NCBI GenBank assembly: GCA_963799775.1
Contig: CAWCYD010000003.1
Span: forward strand, 1,344,001-1,408,000
DNA from: an uncultured archaeon
GTDB lineage: Archaea > Thermoproteota > Nitrososphaeria > Nitrososphaerales > Gagatemarchaeaceae
Direction: 5' to 3'
DNA length: 64,000 nucleotides
Made by a program: the position numbers and the translations under genes. This document shows, piece by piece, positions 1 through 9,169 of the stretch (position 1 is the first letter of the stretch; each line of letters begins with the position of its first letter). The notes beneath the pieces are model-generated. The model was not told the DNA's origin. It did not search any database and saw nothing but the letters and a program-made list of their open reading frames with translations.

Positions 1-108
1 GCGGAAGGCCGTGAGGAGCGAAGCGACGGACACGGCGAGCGAAGCGAGGGGGTGAATTTGCTCCGCAGCGAAGTCCGAGCCTGAAGGATGTCGGCTGCTA
101 TGGGCGAG

Positions 109-483
109 CTATGTACGGCTGTCGATAAGGAACTCGCGCAGAGTCTTGACGGTCACTTGACCGTTCACGAGCTTCTTGCGATACTCTTCGGCCACCGCCG
201 TATTGGGGACAAGGACGACGAATGGCTTGGTGGCGAACTTTGTGATCCGCTCCTGAAGGTCATCGACCCTTCGCTTGAGCCCCGTCTCGATTTCGATGTA
301 CGCCCCGCTAGTCTCGATATCAGGGAGGGCCTCGCCTGAGGAAGCAACGTGCACGACGCCCTTGCATCCCTCGACCGCCTGACCCAGCATCCACTTGTGG
401 AGCGGGCCCTCGTTCTCGTTGGTGCCCTTGGCAAAATACAGGGAGACGGTCTCTCCCGACTCCACATCGTCGAACCGCTGCAC
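109..483 (-). CDS. PD-(D/E)xK-like nuclease domain; probably the C-terminal part of the upstream ATPase
   Basis: LPDIETSGAYIEIETG motif; in frame with and immediately after the TAG of 484..1995. Confidence 0.55.
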   Translation of the reverse strand: MQRFDDVESGETVSLYFAKGTNENEGPLHKWMLGQAVEGCKGVVHVASSGEALPDIETSGAYIEIETGLKRRVDDLQERITKFATKPFVVLVPNTAVAEEYRKKLVNGQVTVKTLREFLIDSRT

Positions 484-1995
484 CTAAACCTCTCCCGCCT
501 TCAGGAGCTTGAGGAGCACGTCCCTGAGTCTGAGCTTCGCGGCGTCCTTGGCGAAGTGATATCTTTCCTCAACCAACGAGGCGAGCCCAGAGACCCAGAC
601 GACCCCACCGCGTTCGAGCTCCTCCTCGACTATCCCTCGATAGTCTACGGGGGCCTGCGGTTGAGGCTCTTGGGCGATGTCCACTGGTTCGACCGGCCGC
701 ACCTCCATCTTCGGGAGAGCGTCCATGTCCACACGGAAGACCGGGACAAGACCGGCTTCGCCAACGCGGAACGCGAGGTCCACGAACTCGTACGGCTGAA
801 GGTGCCTCACGATCCAGGGATAAGCCGGGTCTATCTTTCCCAACGCTTCAAGCTCCTTCGGGACGGTGGTGTGGAAGGCCAATTCCGTTCCGGACTGCCT
901 GAGGTTGTCGGGTATGTCCGTCTGATTCTGGGTCGCCGTGAGCAGTGTTCCGAGCTGCCTTATCTCCAGCATGATGGTGTCGAGGATCGTCCGCGCGTCA
1001 ATCTGGTAGAGTTGCGTCAGCCGATGAACCTCGTCTATCACGATGGCGATGCCCTGACTGGTCATTGCGCCTTGGAGCGGTGCTACCCGTTGCGTCAAGG
1101 AGTTCCATGTCTGCCTCAAGGCTATCTCTGCGTAGAAGGTCTTCGCGGCCTCGTCAAGGCGTGAGAAGTCCAGAACGACATCCTTGGTGAGGTCCATGTT
1201 GAACGCGCCTTCGCCCACCGCCAGGCTCCCTGTCTGCTGCTGGATCAGGGCGAGCGCCTCCAGTTGAATATCTGTAGCCTTTCTCTCCATCCGTTTGAGG
1301 TTCGCCCTGAATTGGCTCCAGTCGTTGCTTTGACCGGCAACACTCTTGACGATCGCCCTGGCCTGCGAGAGCATGATGCCCCTCAGGTTGGCGGGGAAGG
1401 CGAGAGCGTATGCTGTCGAGAGCGCGTCCGCGTCCTGAAACGGGTTCGGGATGTGCCTTGATACGTCCACCACCGGATAGGGGAGGCGAAGATGCGTGTC
1501 GTTCGGCTTGAACGAGAAGACGATCTTGGGCGCTCTCACCACAGTCAGAAGAAGGGTCTTCGTGAGCTCGCTCTTGCCCATGCCTGAGCGCCCGCAGACC
1601 ATCACCAAGGGGTTGCCCTTGCTTGAGATGTACTCGTCGAAGTTCACGTAACACGGGTCGATTCTCCTCTTCAGGGGAGTGTCTCGCCTCTTCTCGCCGA
1701 CCTTCTCTCTCCTCCTCTCCACTATTGGACGGCCATCCTCGTCCTCTCCCACGTTCGCGTTGTAGTAGTGATAGACAGGCTCGGTCAGCGAGACGTAAGC
1801 GACCTGCCTTATCGGGGTCCTTGCGAAGCGCTTGAGGATCCTGGTCCTCATCACCAGGAACGCTACCACGGCGGCAGGAACGGTCGCAATCAGAACGAGG
1901 GGGAACTTGCGGGTAGCGACCAGCAACACCGTGAAGAATGTCAACAGGGCGATGAGCTTGTACCTGTCCCCTCTGGTGAATGTCGATACGTTCAT
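484..1995 (-). CDS. Membrane-anchored FtsK/HerA/VirB4-like P-loop ATPase of a mobile element
   Basis: Two N-terminal TM helices; Walker A GRSGMGKS; Walker B IVIDEVH; ATQ motif; start at 1995 overlaps the upstream stop (ATGA). Confidence 0.75.
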   Translation of the reverse strand: MNVSTFTRGDRYKLIALLTFFTVLLVATRKFPLVLIATVPAAVVAFLVMRTRILKRFARTPIRQVAYVSLTEPVYHYYNANVGEDEDGRPIVERRREKVGEKRRDTPLKRRIDPCYVNFDEYISSKGNPLVMVCGRSGMGKSELTKTLLLTVVRAPKIVFSFKPNDTHLRLPYPVVDVSRHIPNPFQDADALSTAYALAFPANLRGIMLSQARAIVKSVAGQSNDWSQFRANLKRMERKATDIQLEALALIQQQTGSLAVGEGAFNMDLTKDVVLDFSRLDEAAKTFYAEIALRQTWNSLTQRVAPLQGAMTSQGIAIVIDEVHRLTQLYQIDARTILDTIMLEIRQLGTLLTATQNQTDIPDNLRQSGTELAFHTTVPKELEALGKIDPAYPWIVRHLQPYEFVDLAFRVGEAGLVPVFRVDMDALPKMEVRPVEPVDIAQEPQPQAPVDYRGIVEEELERGGVVWVSGLASLVEERYHFAKDAAKLRLRDVLLKLLKAGEV

Positions 1996-2156
1996 GCGAA
2001 TTCCTCCCTCAGAAGTGCCTGCCACGTCCCGAGCTTCGCCAGGTAGTCCCTAGCGTCCAACGAATCAGGCTCTGACAGCAGCACCTTGCGCAGAATCGAA
2101 TCATTCGGCAGAATTCTCGCCGCCAGCCTCTTCAGTGAGCGAATGTCCACGATCAT
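1992..2156 (-). CDS. Small 54-aa hypothetical protein (not in ORF track)
   Basis: MIVDIRSLKRLAARILPNDSILRKVLLSEPDSLDARDYLAKLGTWQALLREEFA; GGAGG upstream; ATGA coupling to the ATPase. Confidence 0.65.
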   Translation of the reverse strand: MIVDIRSLKRLAARILPNDSILRKVLLSEPDSLDARDYLAKLGTWQALLREEFA

Positions 2157-2300
2157 TCTCGTCCTCCTCCAATGGAATGATGGGAAGGCCTCCGCTCAAA
2201 TCATTCGGCCGAGAATTTCGTCAAGCCAAGGGATGACGAGGTCAAAACGAACCCGAAAAAGTGTTAATTCGAAGGGTAGAGGCGTCAATTTCGAAGCCGC

Positions 2301-3134
2301 GTGGGTTCACTGGCCGATGAGCTGAGTGAGGGGGTGAAGGAGGGTCGGATCAGAAGGAGCGAGATAGGCGCGTACATGAGAGGCAAGGGATTCCAGGACT
2401 CTGCGACAAGCAGGGCGCTCGGGGCGGCCGTCAAGAAGTGGGGTTCGCTCGCGAAGGTCGAACTCGCGTCAGGTCACGACTTGGACTCGACCGATGAGGC
2501 CTACGTGCCATGCGGCGGCGGCCACGCAGCCCTTGGTGAGCTCCTGAGAAGACCCGCGACCGACAGGTTCGCCTTCAGACTTGGTTCCTCGTTCCGCGGA
2601 GTAAGCAGATACACCGAATCTCCGATTCCTCTCTACGTCGACGTGGTCGCGAACGAATCTTCAACGAACTGCAAGGCGAAGGTCAGTGCGATTCCATCTG
2701 GGAACAGAGAGGCGCAGATCTACTGGCAGCCACAGGATGCATTCTCCTTGGACTTGAACCAGGGCGAGACTGCGAGGGCAGAGTTGTTTCAGGTGGACAA
2801 CCCGGGACGAAGGGCGATAGCGAACTATCAGAGCGCGCTCGCAGGCGAGACAGACTCCAGGGCAATCGGGCACATCGAAATGAGGCTGAAGCAGACGTAC
2901 GAAAGGGCGGCAAGGCAGAAACCGGTGATCTACGTGCGGACACCGGACGTCGAGGGAAAGAGGATAAACGTCAGTGACACCGTCAACGTCCTAGTTCTCA
3001 CCGTCTATTCCACGGGCGGGTTGAGCTACGCGCCGTTCCTGGTCCTGAGAAGGAACCTCGAAGAGAGCCAGGCACTGCCGATTCTGAGGTACGAATCGAG
3101 GCGCGCTCAATGGCCTGCAAGGACGCAAGGATAG
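2301..3134 (+). CDS. Hypothetical protein (possible N-terminal wHTH)
   Basis: 277-aa ORF, divergent from the ATPase operon; no recognised catalytic motif. Confidence 0.5.
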   Translation: MGSLADELSEGVKEGRIRRSEIGAYMRGKGFQDSATSRALGAAVKKWGSLAKVELASGHDLDSTDEAYVPCGGGHAALGELLRRPATDRFAFRLGSSFRGVSRYTESPIPLYVDVVANESSTNCKAKVSAIPSGNREAQIYWQPQDAFSLDLNQGETARAELFQVDNPGRRAIANYQSALAGETDSRAIGHIEMRLKQTYERAARQKPVIYVRTPDVEGKRINVSDTVNVLVLTVYSTGGLSYAPFLVLRRNLEESQALPILRYESRRAQWPARTQG

Positions 3135-3182
3135 GGCTTCTGCTGCAACGCGCTTGGTTGATGGATGACGTTCAGGGCCGAG

Positions 3183-3653
3183 TCAAGCTTTGGGCCAGCT
3201 GTGAACTCCGCTGACCAGGGCGAGGAGGAGGAAGGCGTTGAACACGTAGAACCATGGGCCAAAGACCCACGTAGGAATCACGAAGTCTATCACGAGGAGG
3301 CCGAAGAGGATCACTAGCATCGACTCGATGATGCCGGTCTGCTCCACCGACTTGGACGCCTCATACTCGCGCTTCATCTCGCGCGCAGACACTTCGCGCT
3401 CGACGTAGTATTGGAAGACCTCCTTAGGGTCGTCGTACTTGTCGGGGCCCAGGGCGTCGTAGAGAGTTCTCTTCTCGCCATCTGACAGGACGAGATAGGC
3501 CTGAGAGACCTCCTTGAACTTCTCCTCCGCGTCGGGAGACTTGTTCCTGTCGGGGTGATACCTGATGGCCAGCCTCCTGTAGGCTTCCTTAATCGTTTCT
3601 CTCGATGCCGTCTTGGCGACGCCGAGAACATCGTAAAAGTCGTGCCTCTGCAT
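3183..3653 (-). CDS. J-domain (DnaJ-like) protein with C-terminal TM helices
   Basis: DFYDVLGV...[14 protein letters not shown] (HPD motif); hydrophobic C-terminus. Confidence 0.85.
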   Translation of the reverse strand: MQRHDFYDVLGVAKTASRETIKEAYRRLAIRYHPDRNKSPDAEEKFKEVSQAYLVLSDGEKRTLYDALGPDKYDDPKEVFQYYVEREVSAREMKREYEASKSVEQTGIIESMLVILFGLLVIDFVIPTWVFGPWFYVFNAFLLLALVSGVHSWPKA

Positions 3654-3664
3654 GCCTTTCGCCC

Positions 3665-4954
3665 TCAGAACGGCACCCTGACTATCGCCCCGCCGTCAGG
3701 AAGCGACGCCACGTACTCGTATCCCTGGCCGATGAAGGACCTGACCTCTTGGATTGGAATCACCTTCTGCCTTGAGCCGTTGCCCGTCATCATGCCGACC
3801 AGCCTCTGTCTCACAGCGTTCTGGAGCTCCTCGTCGCTCATCTCTTCGAGGCTCATCTTCTCGACCTCCTCTTTCTTGAAGCCCGCGACAACGAGAAACT
3901 GCTCCCTCATTGTCTTCTTGATTTGCTCCTCGCTGGCTGACTCCGCCTTTGTTGAAAGGAGGGGCTCGCACTTCGCGTAAACTGCCCTCATCTCCTCTAT
4001 CATCGTAGGCAGGAGCCTGCCCTTGTTGGTCGAATACCTGGCCTCGATGTCCCCCTTGTGCCCCATCAGGAACTGGAGGTATGGGTGAGAAATCAAGCCC
4101 TTGGACTCCGCCACTATCATGTTGGTGTCGCAATAGGCCCTCAGGACGTAGGGCCTCCAAGTGAATCCCGCTTTGGTTATCGCCTCCTTGATGTCCCGGG
4201 TGACCAGGATGGTTCTCAGGAAGGCGTTCTTCCTTACGCCTCTCGGGTCGAACGCGAGCAGAGGGCTTTGAGGGGTCAGCTTCTCGCCGGATTTGGTCCT
4301 TTCCTGAATGTACTCCTGAATGTAGGTTATGGCCTCGGCCCCCACGAACGTAAAGTATGGATGCCTTGCCTTGCTAAGCGTTCTCCTGACGAGCAGGATC
4401 GCCCGAACCTTCTCGAACTCGACGCTGCCGCCCGATACCTTCGCCTCCGCAAAGTCAGCGAGCCTGATGCCGTCCGTTCCAAGGTAGTCGCCAAGACTCT
4501 CCGGCCTCAGACCGCTGAACGCCATCATGGCGATTGAGACTCTGCCTCTCGGCGATGCCATCCTGAGAATCCTCGAAAGCTCGTTCTTGCTCGGGATTCT
4601 TTCGTTGGCGATTGTCGGTGTCTCGGAGGTGCCCTTGATGTTGACCTTGAGCTTGACGCCGAGGTTGTTGTAGTAACTCCAGGAGAGGACGACCTTCTTG
4701 AAGCGCTCGATGTAGGAGCCCGCTTTCCCGTCTTTCTCCATCTTCCCGATAAAGTCTGTGAACTCGTCGCGGAATCTCTTGGACTTGGCCTCAGCGAGTA
4801 TCTTCTTCGGGGTCGTCCCTTCCAGGGCGCAGTAGAGTCCCATCGTTCGAAGATAGACTGTGGCGGTTATGATCGACTTGGCTTCGAGGTTCTCAAACCA
4901 CCTGCGGACGTCCTGGTCGTCCAGAAGGTGCTTGTACTTGCTCCCGGCGGGCAT
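3665..4954 (-). CDS. Tyrosine recombinase/integrase (archaeal)
   Basis: SGLRPES (R), [17 protein letters not shown] (H,Y); adjacent to tRNA-Ile 3' end. Confidence 0.9.
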   Translation of the reverse strand: MPAGSKYKHLLDDQDVRRWFENLEAKSIITATVYLRTMGLYCALEGTTPKKILAEAKSKRFRDEFTDFIGKMEKDGKAGSYIERFKKVVLSWSYYNNLGVKLKVNIKGTSETPTIANERIPSKNELSRILRMASPRGRVSIAMMAFSGLRPESLGDYLGTDGIRLADFAEAKVSGGSVEFEKVRAILLVRRTLSKARHPYFTFVGAEAITYIQEYIQERTKSGEKLTPQSPLLAFDPRGVRKNAFLRTILVTRDIKEAITKAGFTWRPYVLRAYCDTNMIVAESKGLISHPYLQFLMGHKGDIEARYSTNKGRLLPTMIEEMRAVYAKCEPLLSTKAESASEEQIKKTMREQFLVVAGFKKEEVEKMSLEEMSDEELQNAVRQRLVGMMTGNGSRQKVIPIQEVRSFIGQGYEYVASLPDGGAIVRVPF

Positions 4955-4985
4955 GTCTCCCCTTGGGAACTCGGTTTCTAATAAG

Positions 4986-5021
4986 GGATTCTCTTAAGAG
5001 TTTAAGTGGGCCGGAAGGGAT
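4986..5021. repeat. attL-like site: arm GGATTCTCTTAA plus core GTGGGCCGGAAGGGAT
   Basis: Core is the tRNA-Ile 3' end; core recurs at 48186, 50715, 60434 and 62881 together with the inverted arm. Confidence 0.7.
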
Positions 5022-5106
5022 TCGAACCCTTGACCTCTCGATTATCAGTCGAGTGCTCTAGCCAAGCTACCCGTCGGGATAATCCACGACTCTGAGCTAC
5101 CGGCCC
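5007..5106 (-). tRNA. tRNA-Ile(GAT) with ~25-nt non-canonical intron at about position 15/16 (5067..5091)
   Basis: Spliced form GGGCCGGTAGCTCAG/CTTGGCTAGAGCACTCGACTGATAATCGAGAGGTCAAGGGTTCGAATCCCTTCCGGCCCA folds as a 75-nt cloverleaf. Confidence 0.9.
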
Positions 5107-5194
5107 ACCGTTCCTCAGGTGCAAGACTAACTCTCTATAAGCGTAAACATCTGAATTTCGCAGGCGGGCGGCAGAGCGAACCGGGGTGGTCCGA

Positions 5195-5617
5195 CTAGAG
5201 GCCCAGGAGGCCGTCCAAGGAGAGCGCGCCAGCTCCAAGAACGACCAGCACCAAGGCGACCATTGCGAAGAAAACCTCCACCTCAAAGTTGGGCTTGCCG
5301 TATCCGACGTAGACCGCGTTCTGCTTGGTCTTCTTCATGGCAATGATGTTGGCGAAGTAAATCGCCTCTATCGCGCCCACGACGGGAACTATGAAACCGA
5401 TGACGAGGAAGACGCCTCCGAAGAACTCGATGACCATCCCTAGGAAGACCGCGGCTGCTGGGACTCCCATGGCCGCGAAATTCTTTACCGACTGCTCCCG
5501 GTTCTGTTTGTTGAGCTTCGGGCGCCCGTGAATCATCAGGGTGGCCCCCAGCCAGACTCGCAAGACGAGCGCCAGGTAGGGTGTGTAGGGCATCAGGACC
5601 TCGAGGAGCTGCGCCAC
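5195..5617 (-). CDS. DoxX family membrane protein
   Basis: LVLRVWLG..HG.PKL, EFFGG, GAGALSLD motifs. Confidence 0.85.
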   Translation of the reverse strand: MAQLLEVLMPYTPYLALVLRVWLGATLMIHGRPKLNKQNREQSVKNFAAMGVPAAAVFLGMVIEFFGGVFLVIGFIVPVVGAIEAIYFANIIAMKKTKQNAVYVGYGKPNFEVEVFFAMVALVLVVLGAGALSLDGLLGL

Positions 5618-5723
5618 AAGCGTCTTCGAGAGCAGGTGCTACTTAACGAGAGCGGGGTGGGCGAAGAGAGGAGAAGCGGAGCTGGGAAAGGATAAGAAGA
5701 ATCTGGCGGAGCCACGCCTCGAC

Positions 5724-5798
5724 GGGCCGGTAGTTCAGCGGTAGAACGCTCGCCTTGCACGCGAGAGGTCAAGGGTTCAAATCCCTTCCGGTCCACCA
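5724..5798 (+). tRNA. tRNA-Ala(TGC)
   Basis: Cloverleaf; anticodon loop CTTGCAC; G3:U70; encoded CCA. Confidence 0.95.
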
Positions 5799-6392
5799 TC
5801 AGTCACACACCGGAGTTTGCTCCGCTTGACCAATCACCGAAGATTCGCTAGCACTTATTAGGAGACGAAGTTCTTCTCTCTTAGAGCTTGGCTTCTGATC
5901 ACAAAGGAAAAGAGCCAGTCGAACAGAAGAAAGGGCACAATCACCCCATCAAGGAGAAGTGCGGTCCTCACTGCCCTCGCAACGAGAACTACAAGGGGCC
6001 TGTGAAGAAGATGGGCTTCCTATTTCGAAGGAAGCAATGAGAGAAGGCCGCCTACGAATTGTGGTTGGAGTCAATCCTAGCAGACAGGAAGCCCTAGACT
6101 TACTGCCTCGCGAATCCTCTCCTACCGAGTCCCGCTTCGCGCTTGTGATTGGGAGCCTCACGCAGGAAGAGTTGGCTGAGGCTCTTGCAGCCGCAAGTTG
6201 TGCCTAAACAGCTCTTCGACGGAGTTGAAACTTACGTCACAGGCGTCGCATCGGAACCGGCTCATTTGTTCGGCCATCGCATCATTTGTTGCACCCGGCG
6301 ATTTGATATAGAAAATGCTTGAAGTCACCAGAAGAATCTTCGAGGCGTCGGCGCCATCCGCTTATATTGCGGCCAAGGCCCGAGGACAAGAC

Positions 6393-6839
6393 ATGAGCGC
6401 CCAGAAAGGAGCCCGGTTGGTTCCTCAGCCGGAGAACACAAAGCCCGAGGAGGTCATGCACATCTCTTCGTTCGTCCTCGTAAAAAAGGGGAAGCAGATC
6501 TTGCTGACGAGACGTGTCAAGCCGGAGCAGATGGCCGGGAGCTGGAACCTACCCAGCGCCGTGATAAACTGGGGAGAGGAACCGGGAGCGGCCGCCCTGA
6601 GGATAGTCAAGGACCAGGTAGGCCTGATGCCGACTTCGTTGAAGCTTCTCGATGTCCAGTCGTTCGGCGACAAGCACTGGGACATGTGCTTCCTCTTCGA
6701 GGCGGAGGCCCCTGGCGCGCCGAAGCTCGCGCCGGAGTTTGACAAGGCGGAATACTTCGATATCACGAAGCTGCCCCCCGAACTGAGGGAGGGCCACAGG
6801 GAAGTCCTTGACATGGCGAAGTCAAGGAAGGTCATCTAG
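6393..6839 (+). CDS. NUDIX-fold hydrolase (degenerate Nudix box)
   Basis: ILLTRR..GSWNLPS..GEEPGAAALRIVKDQVG; start uncertain (6315 or 6393). Confidence 0.7.
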   Translation: MSAQKGARLVPQPENTKPEEVMHISSFVLVKKGKQILLTRRVKPEQMAGSWNLPSAVINWGEEPGAAALRIVKDQVGLMPTSLKLLDVQSFGDKHWDMCFLFEAEAPGAPKLAPEFDKAEYFDITKLPPELREGHREVLDMAKSRKVI

Positions 6840-6887
6840 ACGACCTACAAACCTCTGGGGAACAGCTCAAGGGTCTCCGAGGTAGGG

Positions 6888-7676
6888 ATGGGGACGTATT
6901 ACGACCCCCAGTGGCTCGCGACCGCGAAGGCGTTCGGATGGAAGAGAGGGGCCTCGTCGAAGGTTGAGGCATTGAAGGCGGGGCTGGAGGGAGGCATGAA
7001 CCTCATCGACACGGCGGAGCTCTATGGGTCGGAGCCCCTAGTCGCCGAGGCCATCAGAGGCAGGAAGAGGGACGAGCTCTTAATAGCGACGAAGGTCTGG
7101 CCGAGCCACCTGAGAAGGGACGCGCTCGTCAATGCTTTGGAGAAGAGCCTGAAACGGTTGGAGACCTCTTATGTAGACCTGTATATGGCTCACTTCCCCA
7201 ACCCCAAGGTGCCGATCGCCGAGACGATGGCGGCGATGGAGGAGATGAAGGACAAGGGCAAGACCCTCTCCATCGGGGTGAGCAACTTCTCTCTCCAGCA
7301 GACGAAGGATGCAAGCGCTGCGCTCAAGAAATCTCAGCTCGCCTCGAACGAGGTCGAGTATTCCCTCGCCCACAGGGAGATTGAGGGCGACCTGCTCCCC
7401 TACTGCGAGGCAAACAAGATCGCGATACTCGCCTACTATCCCCTCGGGCACGGAAAGCTCGCGGGAGGTGGCGCTCAGGAGAAGATGGAGGAGGTTTGCA
7501 AGGCCTACTCCAAGACGCCCGCACAGGTGGCGCTGAACTGGCTCGTCACGGGCAGGGACGTCTTCGCCATCCCACGGGCATCAAGGAAGGAGCACGTGAT
7601 GGAGAACCTGGGGGCGAGCGGCTGGGAGCTCAAGCCCGAAGACAGGTCCAAGCTCGAAGCTGCTTTCCCAAGGTAG
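6888..7676 (+). CDS. Aldo/keto reductase
   Basis: IDTAELYG, ATKVW, IGVSNF, AQVALNW; true start probably ~50 bp upstream. Confidence 0.9.
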   Translation: MGTYYDPQWLATAKAFGWKRGASSKVEALKAGLEGGMNLIDTAELYGSEPLVAEAIRGRKRDELLIATKVWPSHLRRDALVNALEKSLKRLETSYVDLYMAHFPNPKVPIAETMAAMEEMKDKGKTLSIGVSNFSLQQTKDASAALKKSQLASNEVEYSLAHREIEGDLLPYCEANKIAILAYYPLGHGKLAGGGAQEKMEEVCKAYSKTPAQVALNWLVTGRDVFAIPRASRKEHVMENLGASGWELKPEDRSKLEAAFPR

Positions 7677-7713
7677 GGTTCTCGGAAAAAGGAAAGGAAT
7701 GGTGTAGCTCGCG

Positions 7714-7869
7714 CTACACCGACTTCATCATTTTCTTCATCTGATCGTCGGACATTTTCATCCCAGGGTGAGCATCCATCATGTGCATCTTCGCGTGCTT
7801 CATGAGGTCGCCCTCTCCCATAGGGGTGATCATTGTCCAGCCACATTCGCAGGACATCATCTTGGCCAT
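7714..7869 (-). CDS. Small Met/His/Cys-rich metal-binding protein (DUF1059-like), 51 aa
   Basis: MAKMMSCECGWTMITPMGEGDLMKHAKMHMMDAHPGM...; CxC plus H..H..H pattern. Confidence 0.7.
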   Translation of the reverse strand: MAKMMSCECGWTMITPMGEGDLMKHAKMHMMDAHPGMKMSDDQMKKMMKSV

Positions 7870-7966
7870 AGGGGAATTTTCTATTCGCTACGGTAATAAG
7901 CATTTTCCCAAATGTTCTACAATTCGCCTCTAAACGTTTAATCCCTCGACGAGCGGCGAGGGTTCG

Positions 7967-8425
7967 ATGGAAGCCCACGTCGACTCTATTATGACAAAGA
8001 GCCCCGAGCCCGTCGACCTCGACCTCACGGTAATGAAGGCGGCGGGGATAATGGCCAACCGCGCCGAACGCTGTCTTGTAGTGGTCAACGGCGACTTCAT
8101 CGTCGGGATCGTGACGGCATCGGACATGATCGAGAAGGTGATAGCGGCCGGAGCGAACCCTTCGGAGGTCTACGTCAGGGACATCATGGCCACGCCCGTC
8201 GTCACGGTCAACTCGAACGCGACCATCCAGGAGGCGGCGGAGCTGATGAGCGACTATGGAGTCGCCAAACTCCCCGTCGTCGACGACTCGGGCGCACTCG
8301 TCGGGATAGTGACATCGCTAGAGCTCTCGCGCTGGCTGGCGAAGCAGCACGACTTTCAGGACCCGGCCCTCAACGCCTTGGCGAGGATGAAGAAGGAAGC
8401 GGGCGGGACCAGTCCTTACCGCTGA
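7967..8425 (+). CDS. CBS domain pair protein
   Basis: Two CBS repeats (IVGIVTASD, LPVVD..LVGIVT). Confidence 0.9.
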   Translation: MEAHVDSIMTKSPEPVDLDLTVMKAAGIMANRAERCLVVVNGDFIVGIVTASDMIEKVIAAGANPSEVYVRDIMATPVVTVNSNATIQEAAELMSDYGVAKLPVVDDSGALVGIVTSLELSRWLAKQHDFQDPALNALARMKKEAGGTSPYR

Positions 8426-8437
8426 GCGCGCGGGCGC

Positions 8438-9025
8438 TCAGTCGACCTTTATCCTGACGCCTGAGGCCTTGCCCTTGGGCCTGGGAAGCGTGACCTCGAG
8501 GATCCCGTTGTTGAAGGTGGACTTGGCGTTCTGGAGCTCTACAGCGACGGGCAGCTCGAGTTCCTTGTGATACTTTCTGGCTGAGGTCTCCGCAGAGATC
8601 ACCAGGGTCTTCCCCTCGCCTGTGAGGTTGATGTCTTGCTTGCGGGCTCCCGGCAGCTCCGCTATCACCCTGACCTCCTTGTCCCCCTCGACGACGTCCA
8701 CGAGCGGCTCCCGCGAGTCGGTGATGGCCTCCTTCCACTCCTTGGTGGGGCCCCGCTTGATGTTCCCGAACTCCCGGATGACGGGCTTGCCGTCGGGGCC
8801 CACGGTGACAGAGTAACCGTAGACTATGGGGCCGATCTCCTTCGAGACGCTCCCGTCTTCGGCCCTCTTCTCCCTCACAAGCTCCTTCGGGAGCTCTCTC
8901 TCGATGTCAAGGTTCAAGAAATCCTTCTCCATCTCCTTCATCATCTCCTCCACGTCGGCGTACGACCACGGCCCGAAGGGCATGGCCTTTCCCCACCTCT
9001 TGAACCATTTGTCTTCAGACGACAT
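8438..9025 (-). CDS. hsp20: Archaeal small heat-shock protein Hsp20
   Basis: YGYSVTVGPDGKPVIREFGN, AELPG, FNNGILEV. Confidence 0.92.
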   Translation of the reverse strand: MSSEDKWFKRWGKAMPFGPWSYADVEEMMKEMEKDFLNLDIERELPKELVREKRAEDGSVSKEIGPIVYGYSVTVGPDGKPVIREFGNIKRGPTKEWKEAITDSREPLVDVVEGDKEVRVIAELPGARKQDINLTGEGKTLVISAETSARKYHKELELPVAVELQNAKSTFNNGILEVTLPRPKGKASGVRIKVD

Positions 9026-9169
9026 GCTCTAGCTACCCTGGACTCGCCGCGCGGATTTTCTTTAAGCTTTTGGAACGCCGGCCTTCGCGGGACCAGAGAA
9101 ACGCTCTGGAGCCGCCAAAGGTTTTTACGCATCCGGACGCGCGCGAAAGATTCTCAGGCGTTCAAGGCA

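Larger units (their letters stand above)
1..5021. mobile_element. Integrative element at tRNA-Ile(GAT); other end lies left of the window
   Basis: Integrase directly downstream of the tRNA; ATPase and hypothetical cargo. Confidence 0.75.

Noticed and set aside
484-486. Pyrrolysine or stop-codon reassignment
   Set aside because: Single instance; TAG terminates many other genes here; no pyl genes seen
349-1164. 271-aa plus-strand ORF (and similar long shadow ORFs such as 20080..21447 and 33387..34259)
   Set aside because: Antisense or alternative frames of well-supported genes in high-GC DNA
5870-6207. Possible small gene after tRNA-Ala
   Set aside because: No recognisable motif and ambiguous frame; cannot support a call
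8636-9169. N-terminal extension of HtpX in the ORF track
   Set aside because: Antisense shadow of hsp20; HtpX similarity begins at ATG 9170
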